Notes under the pieces: generated by a model
The model's input: only the letters and a program-made list of their open reading frames with translations
Told to the model about the DNA's origin: nothing
The model's database searches: none
Origin: a virus
Taxonomy: Duplodnaviria; Heunggongvirae; Uroviricota; Caudoviricetes
DNA: 51,466 nt
IMG/VR virus record: IMGVR_UViG_2585427971_000010
Strand: one strand, 5' to 3'
Shown here: positions 8,991 through 17,925 of the stretch, one piece after another
Layout: every line of letters starts with the position of its first letter
Position numbering within the stretch: position 1 is the stretch's first letter
Translations under genes and position numbers: made by a program

Positions 8991-9042
8991 ATTTTCCACA
9001 TATGCAACAGGTTATCACATATTGCAAAAATGGAAATGTGAC

Positions 9043-9351
9043 ATGAGTAAAGTAAATATTTCCAGTTCTGGGACCCGCATCCTACGTGTACTCAAAGCTC
9101 TACGCGGTCATGCTCTGAACGGTGTTTCTAACGGTGAACTGGCATCAGCCCTGGGGGAGTCCCCGGCGAATATCAATCGAGCACTTAATACCCTTATTGA
9201 AGAGGGACTGGCCATGAAATTAGAGAACGGACGTTTCGCACCGGGAATCCAGTTACTACAGATCGCCATGGCTCACAGTCACGAGATGGCGCGTGCACAG
9301 GATCGTATTAACGAAATCAACCAACGAGTTATTTCAGGTAGTCGTTTGTAA
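9043..9351 (+). CDS. putative winged-helix DNA-binding protein
   Basis: Internal Met of ORF 8980..9351; HTH-like GVSNGELASALGESPANINRALNTLIEEGL. Start uncertain. Confidence 0.4.
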   Translation: MSKVNISSSGTRILRVLKALRGHALNGVSNGELASALGESPANINRALNTLIEEGLAMKLENGRFAPGIQLLQIAMAHSHEMARAQDRINEINQRVISGSRL

Positions 9352-9361
9352 GGAGTAATCA

Positions 9362-10276
9362 ATGGGACGCACCAAATCACCCGTTAACACTGAACTGAAT
9401 GTTGAGGTTCCGCTGTCAGATAACATCAATGTCAATTTGAACGCTATGACACAGCATCGCATGGAAATTATGCAGCAGTTTGGTGATGGACTGCCTTATG
9501 AACGTGATCGCATTGTTCACGAAGCACGTTTTTATATGGCGCAGAGTGCTGAATCTATGCTGGAAGCGGGTAAGCGGCTGATCATCTTAAAAGAAAATGA
9601 GCCACACGGTGATTTTACAAACATTTTAGAAAATGAACTCGGACTTGCACCACAAGTTGCTCGCCGCATGATGCAAGCCAGTATGAAGTTTTTGGGAGAA
9701 GGTGATGAGCCAACAAAACGCTCAACGTTGAGCGTTTTGGGGAAAGCCAAACTGTACGACCTGATGGTTCTGGATAATGAAGAACTTGATGAATTGGCCG
9801 ACGGCGGCACAGTTGCCGGCCTGACGCTTGACGACGTTGATCGCATGTCAGTACGTGAATTGCGTCAGGCCCTGCGCGAAGCGCGCGAAACCAACGCAGC
9901 ACAACAGCGCGTACTCGCCGACAAAAATGAAAAAATAGATTCACTCTCCACCAGACTGGAGAAGAAATCCCGTATTCAGCCGCCTGAGCCTGATGAGGAG
10001 GTTAAGAAGCTGCGGGCGGAAGTAACAGCATTAGCGGTTGAGGCGGAATCTGCTATCGCCGTCCGACTGTCCAGCGCTTTTGAGACGCTGTGCGCATATT
10101 GTGCTGAAAACATGATTGATACCCCCAGAGACTTCATGGCAGGCCTGGTCTGTCAACTGGAAAGCACAGCGCGTAGCCTGCGCTCCACATTTGACCTGCC
10201 GGACGAGCCAACAGGCAATGCAGCGCCTTCATGGCTGACTGAGCCGACGCCACAGATTAACGGGCTGGAGGCATAA
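9362..10276 (+). CDS. hypothetical protein (Mu-like early region)
   Basis: 304-aa ORF with strong SD (AAGGAG); acidic, coiled-coil-rich. Confidence 0.55.
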   Translation: MGRTKSPVNTELNVEVPLSDNINVNLNAMTQHRMEIMQQFGDGLPYERDRIVHEARFYMAQSAESMLEAGKRLIILKENEPHGDFTNILENELGLAPQVARRMMQASMKFLGEGDEPTKRSTLSVLGKAKLYDLMVLDNEELDELADGGTVAGLTLDDVDRMSVRELRQALREARETNAAQQRVLADKNEKIDSLSTRLEKKSRIQPPEPDEEVKKLRAEVTALAVEAESAIAVRLSSAFETLCAYCAENMIDTPRDFMAGLVCQLESTARSLRSTFDLPDEPTGNAAPSWLTEPTPQINGLEA

Positions 10277-10279
10277 CCA

Positions 10280-12049
10280 ATGAATGCTGCCCTGACTGAA
10301 CGACTGGTTTATGTCGCCCGCGCGGCACGTGACGCGGGGCATGGTAAACGCGGTGCAATATACGACGCTGCCTGTGCTGAACTTGGCATGTCCCGCGCCA
10401 CTCTGCTGCGCAGGCTGAAGGAGGTCTCTGTGACTGATAAACGCAAAAAACGCGCCGATGCCGGGCGCAGCGCCCTGACCCGCGACGAAGCCGCGCTGAT
10501 ATCTGCCACACTGCGTGAGGCCACCCGCAAGAACGGTAAGCGTCTCTATTCCATCGCAGATGCAGTGGAAACCCTGCGGGCTAACGGCTTTATCACCGCA
10601 GGCAGAACAGATGAAACCACCAGTGAGTTTTTCCCGTTGTCTGAAGATGCCATCAGCCGTGCTCTGCGTAACTATGGCCTGCACCCGGAACAACTGGATG
10701 CCCCTGCACCACATACCGAAGTGGCCAGTCTGCATCCCAATCATGTCTGGCAGATTGACGCCTCACTCTGCACGCTTTACTACCTGAGCAATGGACATAA
10801 AGGGCTGCAGGTGATGGACAGCGCGAAGTTCTACAAGAACAAGCCCGCTAACCTTGCCCGTATCGCCAGTGACCGCGTGTGGAGTTACGAGATTACCGAC
10901 CATGCCAGCGGCTGGATTTACGTTGAGTATGTGACGGGCGCGGAATCAGGTGAGAACCTGTGTTCTGTGCTTATCAACGCCATGCAGGAGCGTGGCGGCG
11001 CAGACGTGCTGCACGGCGTGCCGAAAATACTCTATCTCGACCCCGGCTCGGCAAACACCGCGGGTATGACGAAAAACATGTGCCGCTCACTGGGCATCGA
11101 CCTGATAGCGCACAAGCCGCATAACGCCCGCGCCACCGGACAGGTGGAAAAGGCGCGTGACATTATCGAACGCAAGCTGGAGCCGGGTCTGAAGTTCCGG
11201 CCGGTTCACAGTCTGGAAGAACTCAACGCGCTGGCCGCGAAATGGCGCAGCCACTTTAACGCCACGGCTGTTCACAGCCGCCACGGTAAAACCCGCACGG
11301 ATATCTGGCTGAAGATTACTGCTGAGCAGCTGAAAAAAGCGCCTTCCGTTGAGGTATGTCGTGAACTGGCTGTGGCGGCACCAGAACTCCGCAAAGTCAC
11401 GCCAAAACTTCGTGTCTCGTTCCGGGGCACTGAATTTGACGTATCAACGGTACCGGGCGTACTGGTTGGTGAAAAACTGATGATTACCCGTAACCCATGG
11501 CGCAGCGATGTGGCACAGGTGGTTCTGACCGGTGAGGACGGCCACGAGACGTTCTTCCTGGTCGAAGAGGTCAGAAAGAACGAGTTTGGCTTTGCTGAAG
11601 GCGCGGCGGTATTTGGCGAAAGTTACAAAGCCCTGCCGGAAACCCCGGCACAGATGGCGGCAAAAGAAACCGAAGCGCTGGTTACCGGTACAGACAACGC
11701 CGCAGATGCAGCCGCCGCACGCAAGGCGAAGGCGCTGCCGTTCGGCGGGCGGCTTGACCCGTATAAACATATCGACGACACCACACTTCCGGCCTATATG
11801 CCGAAGCGTGGTCAGGCCTCTGACGTACGCGGGCCGCGCACTGAACAACGTCCCATGACTCATGTGGAGGCCGCGAAAGCCCTGCGCGATAAGTTCAGCG
11901 CCGACGGCCTTACCTGGACGCCGGAACATTACCGCCAGTTAACGGCACAGTACCCGGACGGCGTACCGGAAGCCGCACTGGATGAAGTCATGGCCACGCT
12001 GACCACACCGGCCCGCAGCAGTGTTATCAGCATTGTTAACGGCAACTGA
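10280..12049 (+). CDS. DDE transposase (Mu A-like, integrase-core/rve fold)
   Basis: 589 aa; catalytic-core-like segments (HVWQIDASL…, …ITDHASGWIYVEY…, …LYLDPGSANTAG…); followed by AAA+ partner as in MuA/MuB. Confidence 0.8.
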   Translation: MNAALTERLVYVARAARDAGHGKRGAIYDAACAELGMSRATLLRRLKEVSVTDKRKKRADAGRSALTRDEAALISATLREATRKNGKRLYSIADAVETLRANGFITAGRTDETTSEFFPLSEDAISRALRNYGLHPEQLDAPAPHTEVASLHPNHVWQIDASLCTLYYLSNGHKGLQVMDSAKFYKNKPANLARIASDRVWSYEITDHASGWIYVEYVTGAESGENLCSVLINAMQERGGADVLHGVPKILYLDPGSANTAGMTKNMCRSLGIDLIAHKPHNARATGQVEKARDIIERKLEPGLKFRPVHSLEELNALAAKWRSHFNATAVHSRHGKTRTDIWLKITAEQLKKAPSVEVCRELAVAAPELRKVTPKLRVSFRGTEFDVSTVPGVLVGEKLMITRNPWRSDVAQVVLTGEDGHETFFLVEEVRKNEFGFAEGAAVFGESYKALPETPAQMAAKETEALVTGTDNAADAAAARKAKALPFGGRLDPYKHIDDTTLPAYMPKRGQASDVRGPRTEQRPMTHVEAAKALRDKFSADGLTWTPEHYRQLTAQYPDGVPEAALDEVMATLTTPARSSVISIVNGN

Positions 12050-12059
12050 GGAGGGAAAC

Positions 12060-13226
12060 ATGCTGGTACTGAAGCAGCAACTGAAAGAGGCCCGTATTCC
12101 ACAGGCGGTGGTGGCGAGAGCTGTCGATGTTTCTGAGGCCACGCTGGCCCAGATTGTGAATCATAACGCGTGGCCCCGCACCAGCCCCGGAGAAGTGCGC
12201 CGGCGTCTTGCGTCCTGGCTGGAAAGTCAGGGGATTGATACAACGAAGAGTTTTGATGCTGTACAGGGCGCGGCCACGCCCCGTACAGCGGGTACCACAG
12301 ATAAAACGAGCCTCAGTGAGGAAGAGAATATGTTACTCAAAAAACAGGTGTTATTTCCAGCAACCAAAAAAGCGTTTGGTCTTTTCCGTGACCCGTTCGC
12401 CGACGAAGCCATGCAGGGTTCTGATGATGTGTTCACCACCCCGGACATTCGCTACGTGCGTGAGGCGCTGTACCAGACAGCCCGTCATGGTGGGTTTATG
12501 GCCGTCATCGGTGAGTCCGGTGCGGGTAAATCCACGCTGCGCCGCGACCTGACTGAACGTATCAACCGCGAGAATGCGCCGGTAATTGTTATCGAGCCAT
12601 ACATCATCGCTATGGAAGACAACGATGTGAAAGGGAAAACCCTGAAGGCAGCAGCTATTGCCGAAGCCATTATCAGTACCATCGCACCACTGGAAAGCAT
12701 CAGACGCAGTCAGGACGCCCGTTTTCGCCAGTTGCATCGCGTCCTGAAAGACAGCAGCCAGGCGGGGTTCAGCCACGTTCTGGTGATTGAGGAGGCCCAC
12801 AGTCTGCCCATTCCGACACTGAAACACCTCAAACGCTTTTTTGAGCTGGAGTCCGGTTTCAAAAAACTGCTGTCCATCGTGCTGATTGGCCAGCCGGAAC
12901 TGGCGACAAAACTGTCTGAACGCAATATGGAAGTCCGTGAAGTCGTTCAGCGCTGTGAGGTGGTCGAACTTCTGCCTCTGGACAATAACCTTGAAGAATT
13001 TCTGACGTTCAAACTGCAACGGGCCGGTAAACAGCTGACGGACATTATGGACGCCGGTGCAGTGGATGCCATACGTGCCCGCCTGAGCAATCCGGGAAGT
13101 CACCGTAAAAATATGGTCAGCCTGCTGTATCCGCTGGCCGTCAGTAACCTGGTAATAGCCGCCATGAATCTGGCCGCTGAAATCGGGGTTCCACAGGTCA
13201 ACGCTGACGTTGTCAAAGGGGTTTAA
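12060..13226 (+). CDS. transposition ATPase (Mu B-like AAA+ protein)
   Basis: Walker A GESGAGKST, Walker B-like HVLVIEEAH; N-terminal HTH; GGAGGG SD before internal ATG at 12060. Confidence 0.75.
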   Translation: MLVLKQQLKEARIPQAVVARAVDVSEATLAQIVNHNAWPRTSPGEVRRRLASWLESQGIDTTKSFDAVQGAATPRTAGTTDKTSLSEEENMLLKKQVLFPATKKAFGLFRDPFADEAMQGSDDVFTTPDIRYVREALYQTARHGGFMAVIGESGAGKSTLRRDLTERINRENAPVIVIEPYIIAMEDNDVKGKTLKAAAIAEAIISTIAPLESIRRSQDARFRQLHRVLKDSSQAGFSHVLVIEEAHSLPIPTLKHLKRFFELESGFKKLLSIVLIGQPELATKLSERNMEVREVVQRCEVVELLPLDNNLEEFLTFKLQRAGKQLTDIMDAGAVDAIRARLSNPGSHRKNMVSLLYPLAVSNLVIAAMNLAAEIGVPQVNADVVKGV

Positions 13227-13228
13227 TA

Positions 13229-13498
13229 ATGAAATCCACCACAGGTATCAACCAGCAAATCAGCAAAGTGCAGTCAGCCATTATGGCGCTTAAGGCGACG
13301 AACACGGATGTACAGAGCATCACCATCAGGGGTAACAAACCTGTCATCCGCGTTTCCCGGAGTGCGCATTGCATGCGCATGCTTGAGCAGGGAAAGGCCT
13401 GTTATCTGTATACCGGACATGACCACAGGGGATATTTCCGTCAGGGCGTTTTCGAACTGCACGGCTGTCGCGTCGTGTGGCCGGAATCTTTGTGGTAA
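13229..13498 (+). CDS. hypothetical small protein (Mu-like semi-essential region)
   Basis: 89-aa ORF immediately after B with SD. Confidence 0.45.
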   Translation: MKSTTGINQQISKVQSAIMALKATNTDVQSITIRGNKPVIRVSRSAHCMRMLEQGKACYLYTGHDHRGYFRQGVFELHGCRVVWPESLW

Positions 13499-13525
13499 TC
13501 AGCACAACTGGAGAAATCATAAAAA

Positions 13526-14056
13526 ATGGCAAAAAGTACAAAAGGTGCAAAACGTATCAAGGCCGCAGCAGCACTCTGGGTGCCGGGGACACGTGAAGAG
13601 GTCATTGAGGGAATCAGACTACTCGGTGACGCACAACGTGAACTGGTCAGGGCTGAAACAGAAATGAATGACGCCATTGGCGATATCACCGCACGTTATG
13701 CCCCGCTCACCGAGAGCCTGAAAAAACGCATGGCCGAACTGCAGTCCGGTATTCAGACATGGTGTGAGGCACACCGTGATGAACTGACCGGCAACGGGAA
13801 GGTGAAGTTCGCTAACCTCACCACCGGCGAGGTGCAGTGACGAAACCGTCCGCCATCAGTCAGTATCCGTGGGGCGGATAATGTTATTGAATTACTGAGA
13901 CGTCTGGGGCTTGAGCGCTTTATTCGTGTAAAAGAGGAAATAAATAAAGACGCTATCCTGAATGAAAAAGAGGCCGTGAAAAATATTCCCGGTATTTCCA
14001 TTAAAAGCGACATTGAGGATTTTTCAATAATTCCTTTTGAGCAGGATGTGCAGTAA
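13526..14056 (+). pseudogene. gam: Gam-like host-nuclease inhibitor (Mu Gam homologue) interrupted by in-frame TGA at 13838-13840
   Basis: N-terminal 104 aa recalls Mu Gam (MAKSTKGAKRIKAAAALWVPGTREEV…); the same frame continues after the stop (RNRPPSVSIRGADNVIELLRRLGLERFIRVKEEINKDAIL…SIKSDIEDFSIIPFEQ) matching the Gam C-terminus; the stop sits where Mu has Trp. Confidence 0.6.
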
Positions 14057-14153
14057 ACACACCACGTTAATTATTTAATAAAAACATTTTCTTTTTTATT
14101 CCGACGTCAGCGCCGCGGGCTTCTGCACGCCGGAAACAGAGGAGAATTAAATC

Positions 14154-14348
14154 ATGATATTTAAATGTATTCAGTGCGAGAGGGATATAACAGCCCTGCG
14201 TTTTCACAGCGCCATCGCCGTGATGTCCGGTAAATACCACATCCCTGCGGTACGCGTCACCCTGGTCTGCCCGTACTGCAGCCAGCATTTTTCGGCAGAC
14301 GTGCCCGTCATGGAATTCTCCCGCCCTGACAGGGAGGACTCGCAATGA
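14154..14348 (+). CDS. small zinc-ribbon-like protein
   Basis: 64 aa with CxxC…CxxC (CIQCER … CPYCSQ); SD GAGGAG. Confidence 0.45.
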   Translation: MIFKCIQCERDITALRFHSAIAVMSGKYHIPAVRVTLVCPYCSQHFSADVPVMEFSRPDREDSQ

Positions 14349-14617
14349 TTACCCCACAGGAAGCACGACAGCGCACCCGAACCCTTGTTGAACACTATGT
14401 CAACGAGTGTGAATGCCGCGACCTCACCGATGTGAAGCACGTCCTGACGGCGCTAATCAGCATGACCGCTCAAGCCATTGTGGCGACCAACGGAAAGGCG
14501 GCTGCCCTGCAGGTACTGGTGAACACACTAACCCACACGGCAGCGCATGAGGTGCCGTACCGGATGGAAACCACTGCAGAAGGCGGCCTGCACATCACCG
14601 TCAGCCGGAAGCACTGA
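14345..14617 (+). CDS. hypothetical protein
   Basis: 90-aa ORF, SD GGGAGG, start overlaps upstream stop. Confidence 0.45.
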   Translation: MITPQEARQRTRTLVEHYVNECECRDLTDVKHVLTALISMTAQAIVATNGKAAALQVLVNTLTHTAAHEVPYRMETTAEGGLHITVSRKH

Positions 14618-14626
14618 GGGCGCGGC

Positions 14627-14923
14627 ATGACACGGAACACCATACTCACCCGCACCGCCCTCTACCGTCTGGCCCTGCAGCGTTTCGGGCCGGACGCACA
14701 GGCCCTGAAACTGACAGAAGAGGCCGCTGAACTGGCGGCCAGTGCTGCCCGCAATCTGAACGGACAGGGCAGCGAAAGCGACCTCGCGGCAGAGCTGGCA
14801 GACGTGGAAATCATGACAGAGCAATTGCGCCTTCAGGGGATGGACCGGCTGATTGACTTCCACAAACAGAAAAAACTGGAACGTCTGGCTGCACGACTGG
14901 GCGTGATTTACACGAACGAGTAA
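14627..14923 (+). CDS. MazG-like nucleotide pyrophosphohydrolase domain protein
   Basis: 98 aa with EExxE and E..D motifs (LTEEAAELAASAAR; ELADVEIM) typical of all-alpha NTP pyrophosphohydrolases. Confidence 0.5.
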   Translation: MTRNTILTRTALYRLALQRFGPDAQALKLTEEAAELAASAARNLNGQGSESDLAAELADVEIMTEQLRLQGMDRLIDFHKQKKLERLAARLGVIYTNE

Positions 14924-14937
14924 CCGGGAGGCATTCA

Positions 14938-15153
14938 ATGGCTGACATACTCAGGGAAATCACCGCATGGATACTGATTCTTACTGGCCTGGCGACATGC
15001 CTCAGTGCGGGGGCAGCCCTGGCTGCCCTGCTGATGCACATAACAACACAGTGGTTATGGGAAAAGCTTAAAGCAGCATACAGCCTGAAAGAGCTGTCCG
15101 ACGCTGTCCGGGCATGGAAACGGCAGAAAAATACAGGAGATACAGAACAATGA
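14938..15153 (+). CDS. small membrane protein
   Basis: 71 aa, hydrophobic helix (ITAWILILTGLATCLSAGAALAALLM). Confidence 0.4.
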   Translation: MADILREITAWILILTGLATCLSAGAALAALLMHITTQWLWEKLKAAYSLKELSDAVRAWKRQKNTGDTEQ

Positions 15154-15833
15154 CAGACCAGAATAAACACATTGAGAAACTGAAAAAGTTGCTGGCGCTG
15201 GCCGCATCCGGCAACCCGCACGAGGCCGCTCTGGCACTGCGCCGAGCCCGTAAACTGATGGATGTTCACGGCATCACACATTCCGACATTGCTATGAGTG
15301 ATATTGATGAAACCATCAGTCACTACTGGCCGACAGGCAGTCTCCGTCCACCGCGCTACATGCTGGGCCTGATGAACATCATCCGCGAGGTATTTGGTGT
15401 TAACTCCATCATTCACCCCGGCACGCATCCGTCTGTGGGGTTCTACGGCAACCGGGAACGTGCGGCACTGGCTGCATACACCTGGGAAGTGCTGGCCCGT
15501 CAGCTGAAAAAGGCGCGTCAGCAGTATATCAGTGCACAGAACAAAAGAATAAAAACCGCCACCCGCACCAGCCGTGGAGACCAGTTTGCCGAAGGCTGGG
15601 TGCTGGCCGTTATCAGTGAAATACAGTCCTTTGCCCTGACCGATGATGAGCGTGAACTGATGCAGCAGTGGCTGGAACATAAATACCCGCAGACGCAAAC
15701 CACCAGGGCGCGTAAACCGGGAAGAAGCCGCAATGGCGACGCCTCGCGCTATGCGGGGTTTCGTGAAGGGCAGAACGTCAGACTGCACCGCCCGGTCAGT
15801 GGGCAGGAACAACAGAAACTGGAGGCCAGATGA
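15150..15833 (+). CDS. hypothetical protein conserved in Mu-like early regions
   Basis: Internal Met with GGAG SD (MTDQNKHIEKLKKLLALAASGNPHEAALALRRARKLM…). Confidence 0.5.
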   Translation: MTDQNKHIEKLKKLLALAASGNPHEAALALRRARKLMDVHGITHSDIAMSDIDETISHYWPTGSLRPPRYMLGLMNIIREVFGVNSIIHPGTHPSVGFYGNRERAALAAYTWEVLARQLKKARQQYISAQNKRIKTATRTSRGDQFAEGWVLAVISEIQSFALTDDERELMQQWLEHKYPQTQTTRARKPGRSRNGDASRYAGFREGQNVRLHRPVSGQEQQKLEAR

Positions 15834-16060
15834 TTACGCTATCAGGTAAAAGCCGGAAATTAAAAGCCTGCCGAATATCTGCCAGATACCTTTTTGCCCG
15901 CGCCTTTTTTAAGAACGTCAGGCCGGGGATCACAATTGGTGTTATTGCCGGACGCGAACAGGTTGAAAAATACATGTCAGGTGCATGGTGGAATAACGAC
16001 CCTGTCATTGCTGCCCGTAATATTCATATCGAATGGGGAGGTATTCAGAATGACTACTGA
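15830..16060 (+). CDS. hypothetical protein
   Basis: 76-aa ORF with GGAGG SD, start overlaps upstream stop. Confidence 0.4.
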   Translation: MITLSGKSRKLKACRISARYLFARAFFKNVRPGITIGVIAGREQVEKYMSGAWWNNDPVIAARNIHIEWGGIQNDY

Positions 16061-16256
16061 AACCATTGTCTGTTTTCTTTTCTGGTATATGTACGCAGGA
16101 TCATGCAGCGCAAGACTTCATCGTTCCCTGGGCTATGGCAGGCACTACGACACCGCGCATTACATCCTGTACATGACCGCCGTCATGTTGTTCTGGCCAG
16201 TCACCCTGCCAGCTGCAACCGACATTGTTGCCGACAGACTGAAAAAAAGGAGATGA
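16050..16256 (+). CDS. small hydrophobic protein
   Basis: 68 aa from internal Met (MTTETIVCFLFWYMY…), SD GGGGAGG. Confidence 0.35.
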   Translation: MTTETIVCFLFWYMYAGSCSARLHRSLGYGRHYDTAHYILYMTAVMLFWPVTLPAATDIVADRLKKRR

Positions 16257-16257
16257 T

Positions 16258-16707
16258 ATGCAGAAAAAACGCCTGATACAGCTTATCCATATTGCCCGTA
16301 ATGAACTGGGTATGGATGAAGACACCTACCGCCAGATGTTACAGGGGCTGACCGGTAAAGCCTCAACCAAAGGAATGGATACCACACAACTAAACTGCGT
16401 GCTGGAATCCATGAAAAAGAAAGGCTTTCGCGTTAAACCAGCCAGAAAAGCCAGCTCCGGTTTACCGCTGGATAACCATCCGCAGTCCAGGAAAATTCGT
16501 GCGCTATGGCTTGAAATGGCTGCTGCCGGCATTGTTCGTGACCGTTCAGAAAATGCATTAGCGAGGTGGATCAAGCGGGAAACGGGCATCAGCGCCCTGC
16601 GCTGGCTCAGTACTGAACAGGCAAGCAGTGTTATTGAGAAACTGAAGAAGTGGCAGCGCAGAGCTGCGGGAGTCAAACATGAGCGACCTGAATCAGTTTC
16701 GAAGTAA
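16258..16707 (+). CDS. gemA: GemA-like regulatory protein (Mu gp16 family)
   Basis: N-terminal LIQLIHIARNELGMDEDTYRQML… pattern typical of GemA; sits immediately upstream of the Mor-family gene. Confidence 0.6.
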   Translation: MQKKRLIQLIHIARNELGMDEDTYRQMLQGLTGKASTKGMDTTQLNCVLESMKKKGFRVKPARKASSGLPLDNHPQSRKIRALWLEMAAAGIVRDRSENALARWIKRETGISALRWLSTEQASSVIEKLKKWQRRAAGVKHERPESVSK

Positions 16708-17068
16708 GGGGCCGGAACTCCTGGTGGAACTGGCACAGCATACCTCTGAGACCGTTCGCGAGATTATTGATATTGAGCCCGAAGTTGCCGACCAGATTGG
16801 TCAGGCCGTCGCGAACCGAATGATGCAGGTCTGGGGCGGGCAAAACGTTTATTTCCCGATGGGCATGGTATGGAAGGTCAGTCAGCGCGACCGGGAAATC
16901 TTCAGGGAGTTTAACGGACGCAACCACCACGAACTGGCCCGCAAATTTGGTGTTTCGCTTCAGTGGGTCTACAGCGTGGTTAAGCGGGTAAGAAAAGAAG
17001 AACTGGATCGGATGCAGGGCAAGCTATTTGCTGATGAACCCGATGCAGATACGGAGAAAAAAGAGTAA
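16679..17068 (+). CDS. mor: Mor/C-family transcriptional activator
   Basis: 129 aa with conserved Mor-family segments (…WGGQNVYFPMG…, …FREFNGRNHHELARKFGVSLQWVYSVVKRVR…). Confidence 0.7.
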   Translation: MSDLNQFRSKGPELLVELAQHTSETVREIIDIEPEVADQIGQAVANRMMQVWGGQNVYFPMGMVWKVSQRDREIFREFNGRNHHELARKFGVSLQWVYSVVKRVRKEELDRMQGKLFADEPDADTEKKE

Positions 17069-17097
17069 TATCTGCAATCAGGCTGGCGCGAGTTCTG

Positions 17098-17154
<57 letters not shown>

Positions 17155-17155
17155 A

Positions 17156-17232
<77 letters not shown>

Positions 17233-17925
17233 ATGGGCGTGACTGCCGCATTGTTTCTGTCGCAGTTGACGTACTGGACAAACAGAACAACTGACGACGG
17301 CTGGGTATATAAAACCCAGGATGAGTGGGAAGAGGAAACAGGGCTTTCACGATACGAGCAGGAGGGCGCGCGCAAAAAACTACGTGGTCTCGGCGTCTTG
17401 CTGGAACGTAAACAGGGCTTGCCTGCCAGGCTGTACTACAAAATCGATAATGATGTGTTGTGCCAGCTACTTACGTCCGCATACAAGGATGCGGAAAAAC
17501 CACATACAGGTGAGGGGAAAACCACCAGGCCTGTACGTGGAAAACCAACAAACATTCTTACAGAGAATACTACAGAGATTATTACTGATGGTGAATCGGC
17601 TGACGCCGACACCCAACAACCTGCCGACCAGAGAATAAATTATCAGGTGATACTCGATACCTATCACGAGATTTTGCCAGAGATGCCACCAGTGAAAATC
17701 CTCACTGACGGCAGAAAAAAACACCTTCGCACTTTCTGGAAAAAATTCAATTTCAATGAGTCCCGTTGGCGGGCCTATCTGGAATTTATCGGTGGCAATT
17801 GTCGCTGGATGCTGGAGGACAGGCCAAATGGCAGGGGAGGATTCTGGCGGCGTAAAAATCTTGATTATCTGATTACCGAACGCTGCTATGTTTCGGTCAA
17901 GGAAGAACGCGCAAATGATAAATAA
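17233..17925 (+). CDS. putative replication initiation / replisome-organizer protein
   Basis: 230 aa directly upstream of and overlapping the DnaB-type helicase; N-terminal winged-helix-like region. Functional call by position. Confidence 0.45.
   Translation: MGVTAALFLSQLTYWTNRTTDDGWVYKTQDEWEEETGLSRYEQEGARKKLRGLGVLLERKQGLPARLYYKIDNDVLCQLLTSAYKDAEKPHTGEGKTTRPVRGKPTNILTENTTEIITDGESADADTQQPADQRINYQVILDTYHEILPEMPPVKILTDGRKKHLRTFWKKFNFNESRWRAYLEFIGGNCRWMLEDRPNGRGGFWRRKNLDYLITERCYVSVKEERANDK

Noticed and set aside
10229-11929. Several minus-strand ORFs (10229-10744, 11444-11929 and others) inside the transposase gene
   Set aside because: Antisense to the DDE transposase; no supporting signals.
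12351-13103. 250-aa minus-strand ORF
   Set aside because: Antisense to the well-supported MuB-like ATPase gene; spurious.
14811-15812. 333-aa minus-strand ORF
   Set aside because: Antisense across several short plus-strand genes with good SD sequences; low-complexity translation; judged spurious.
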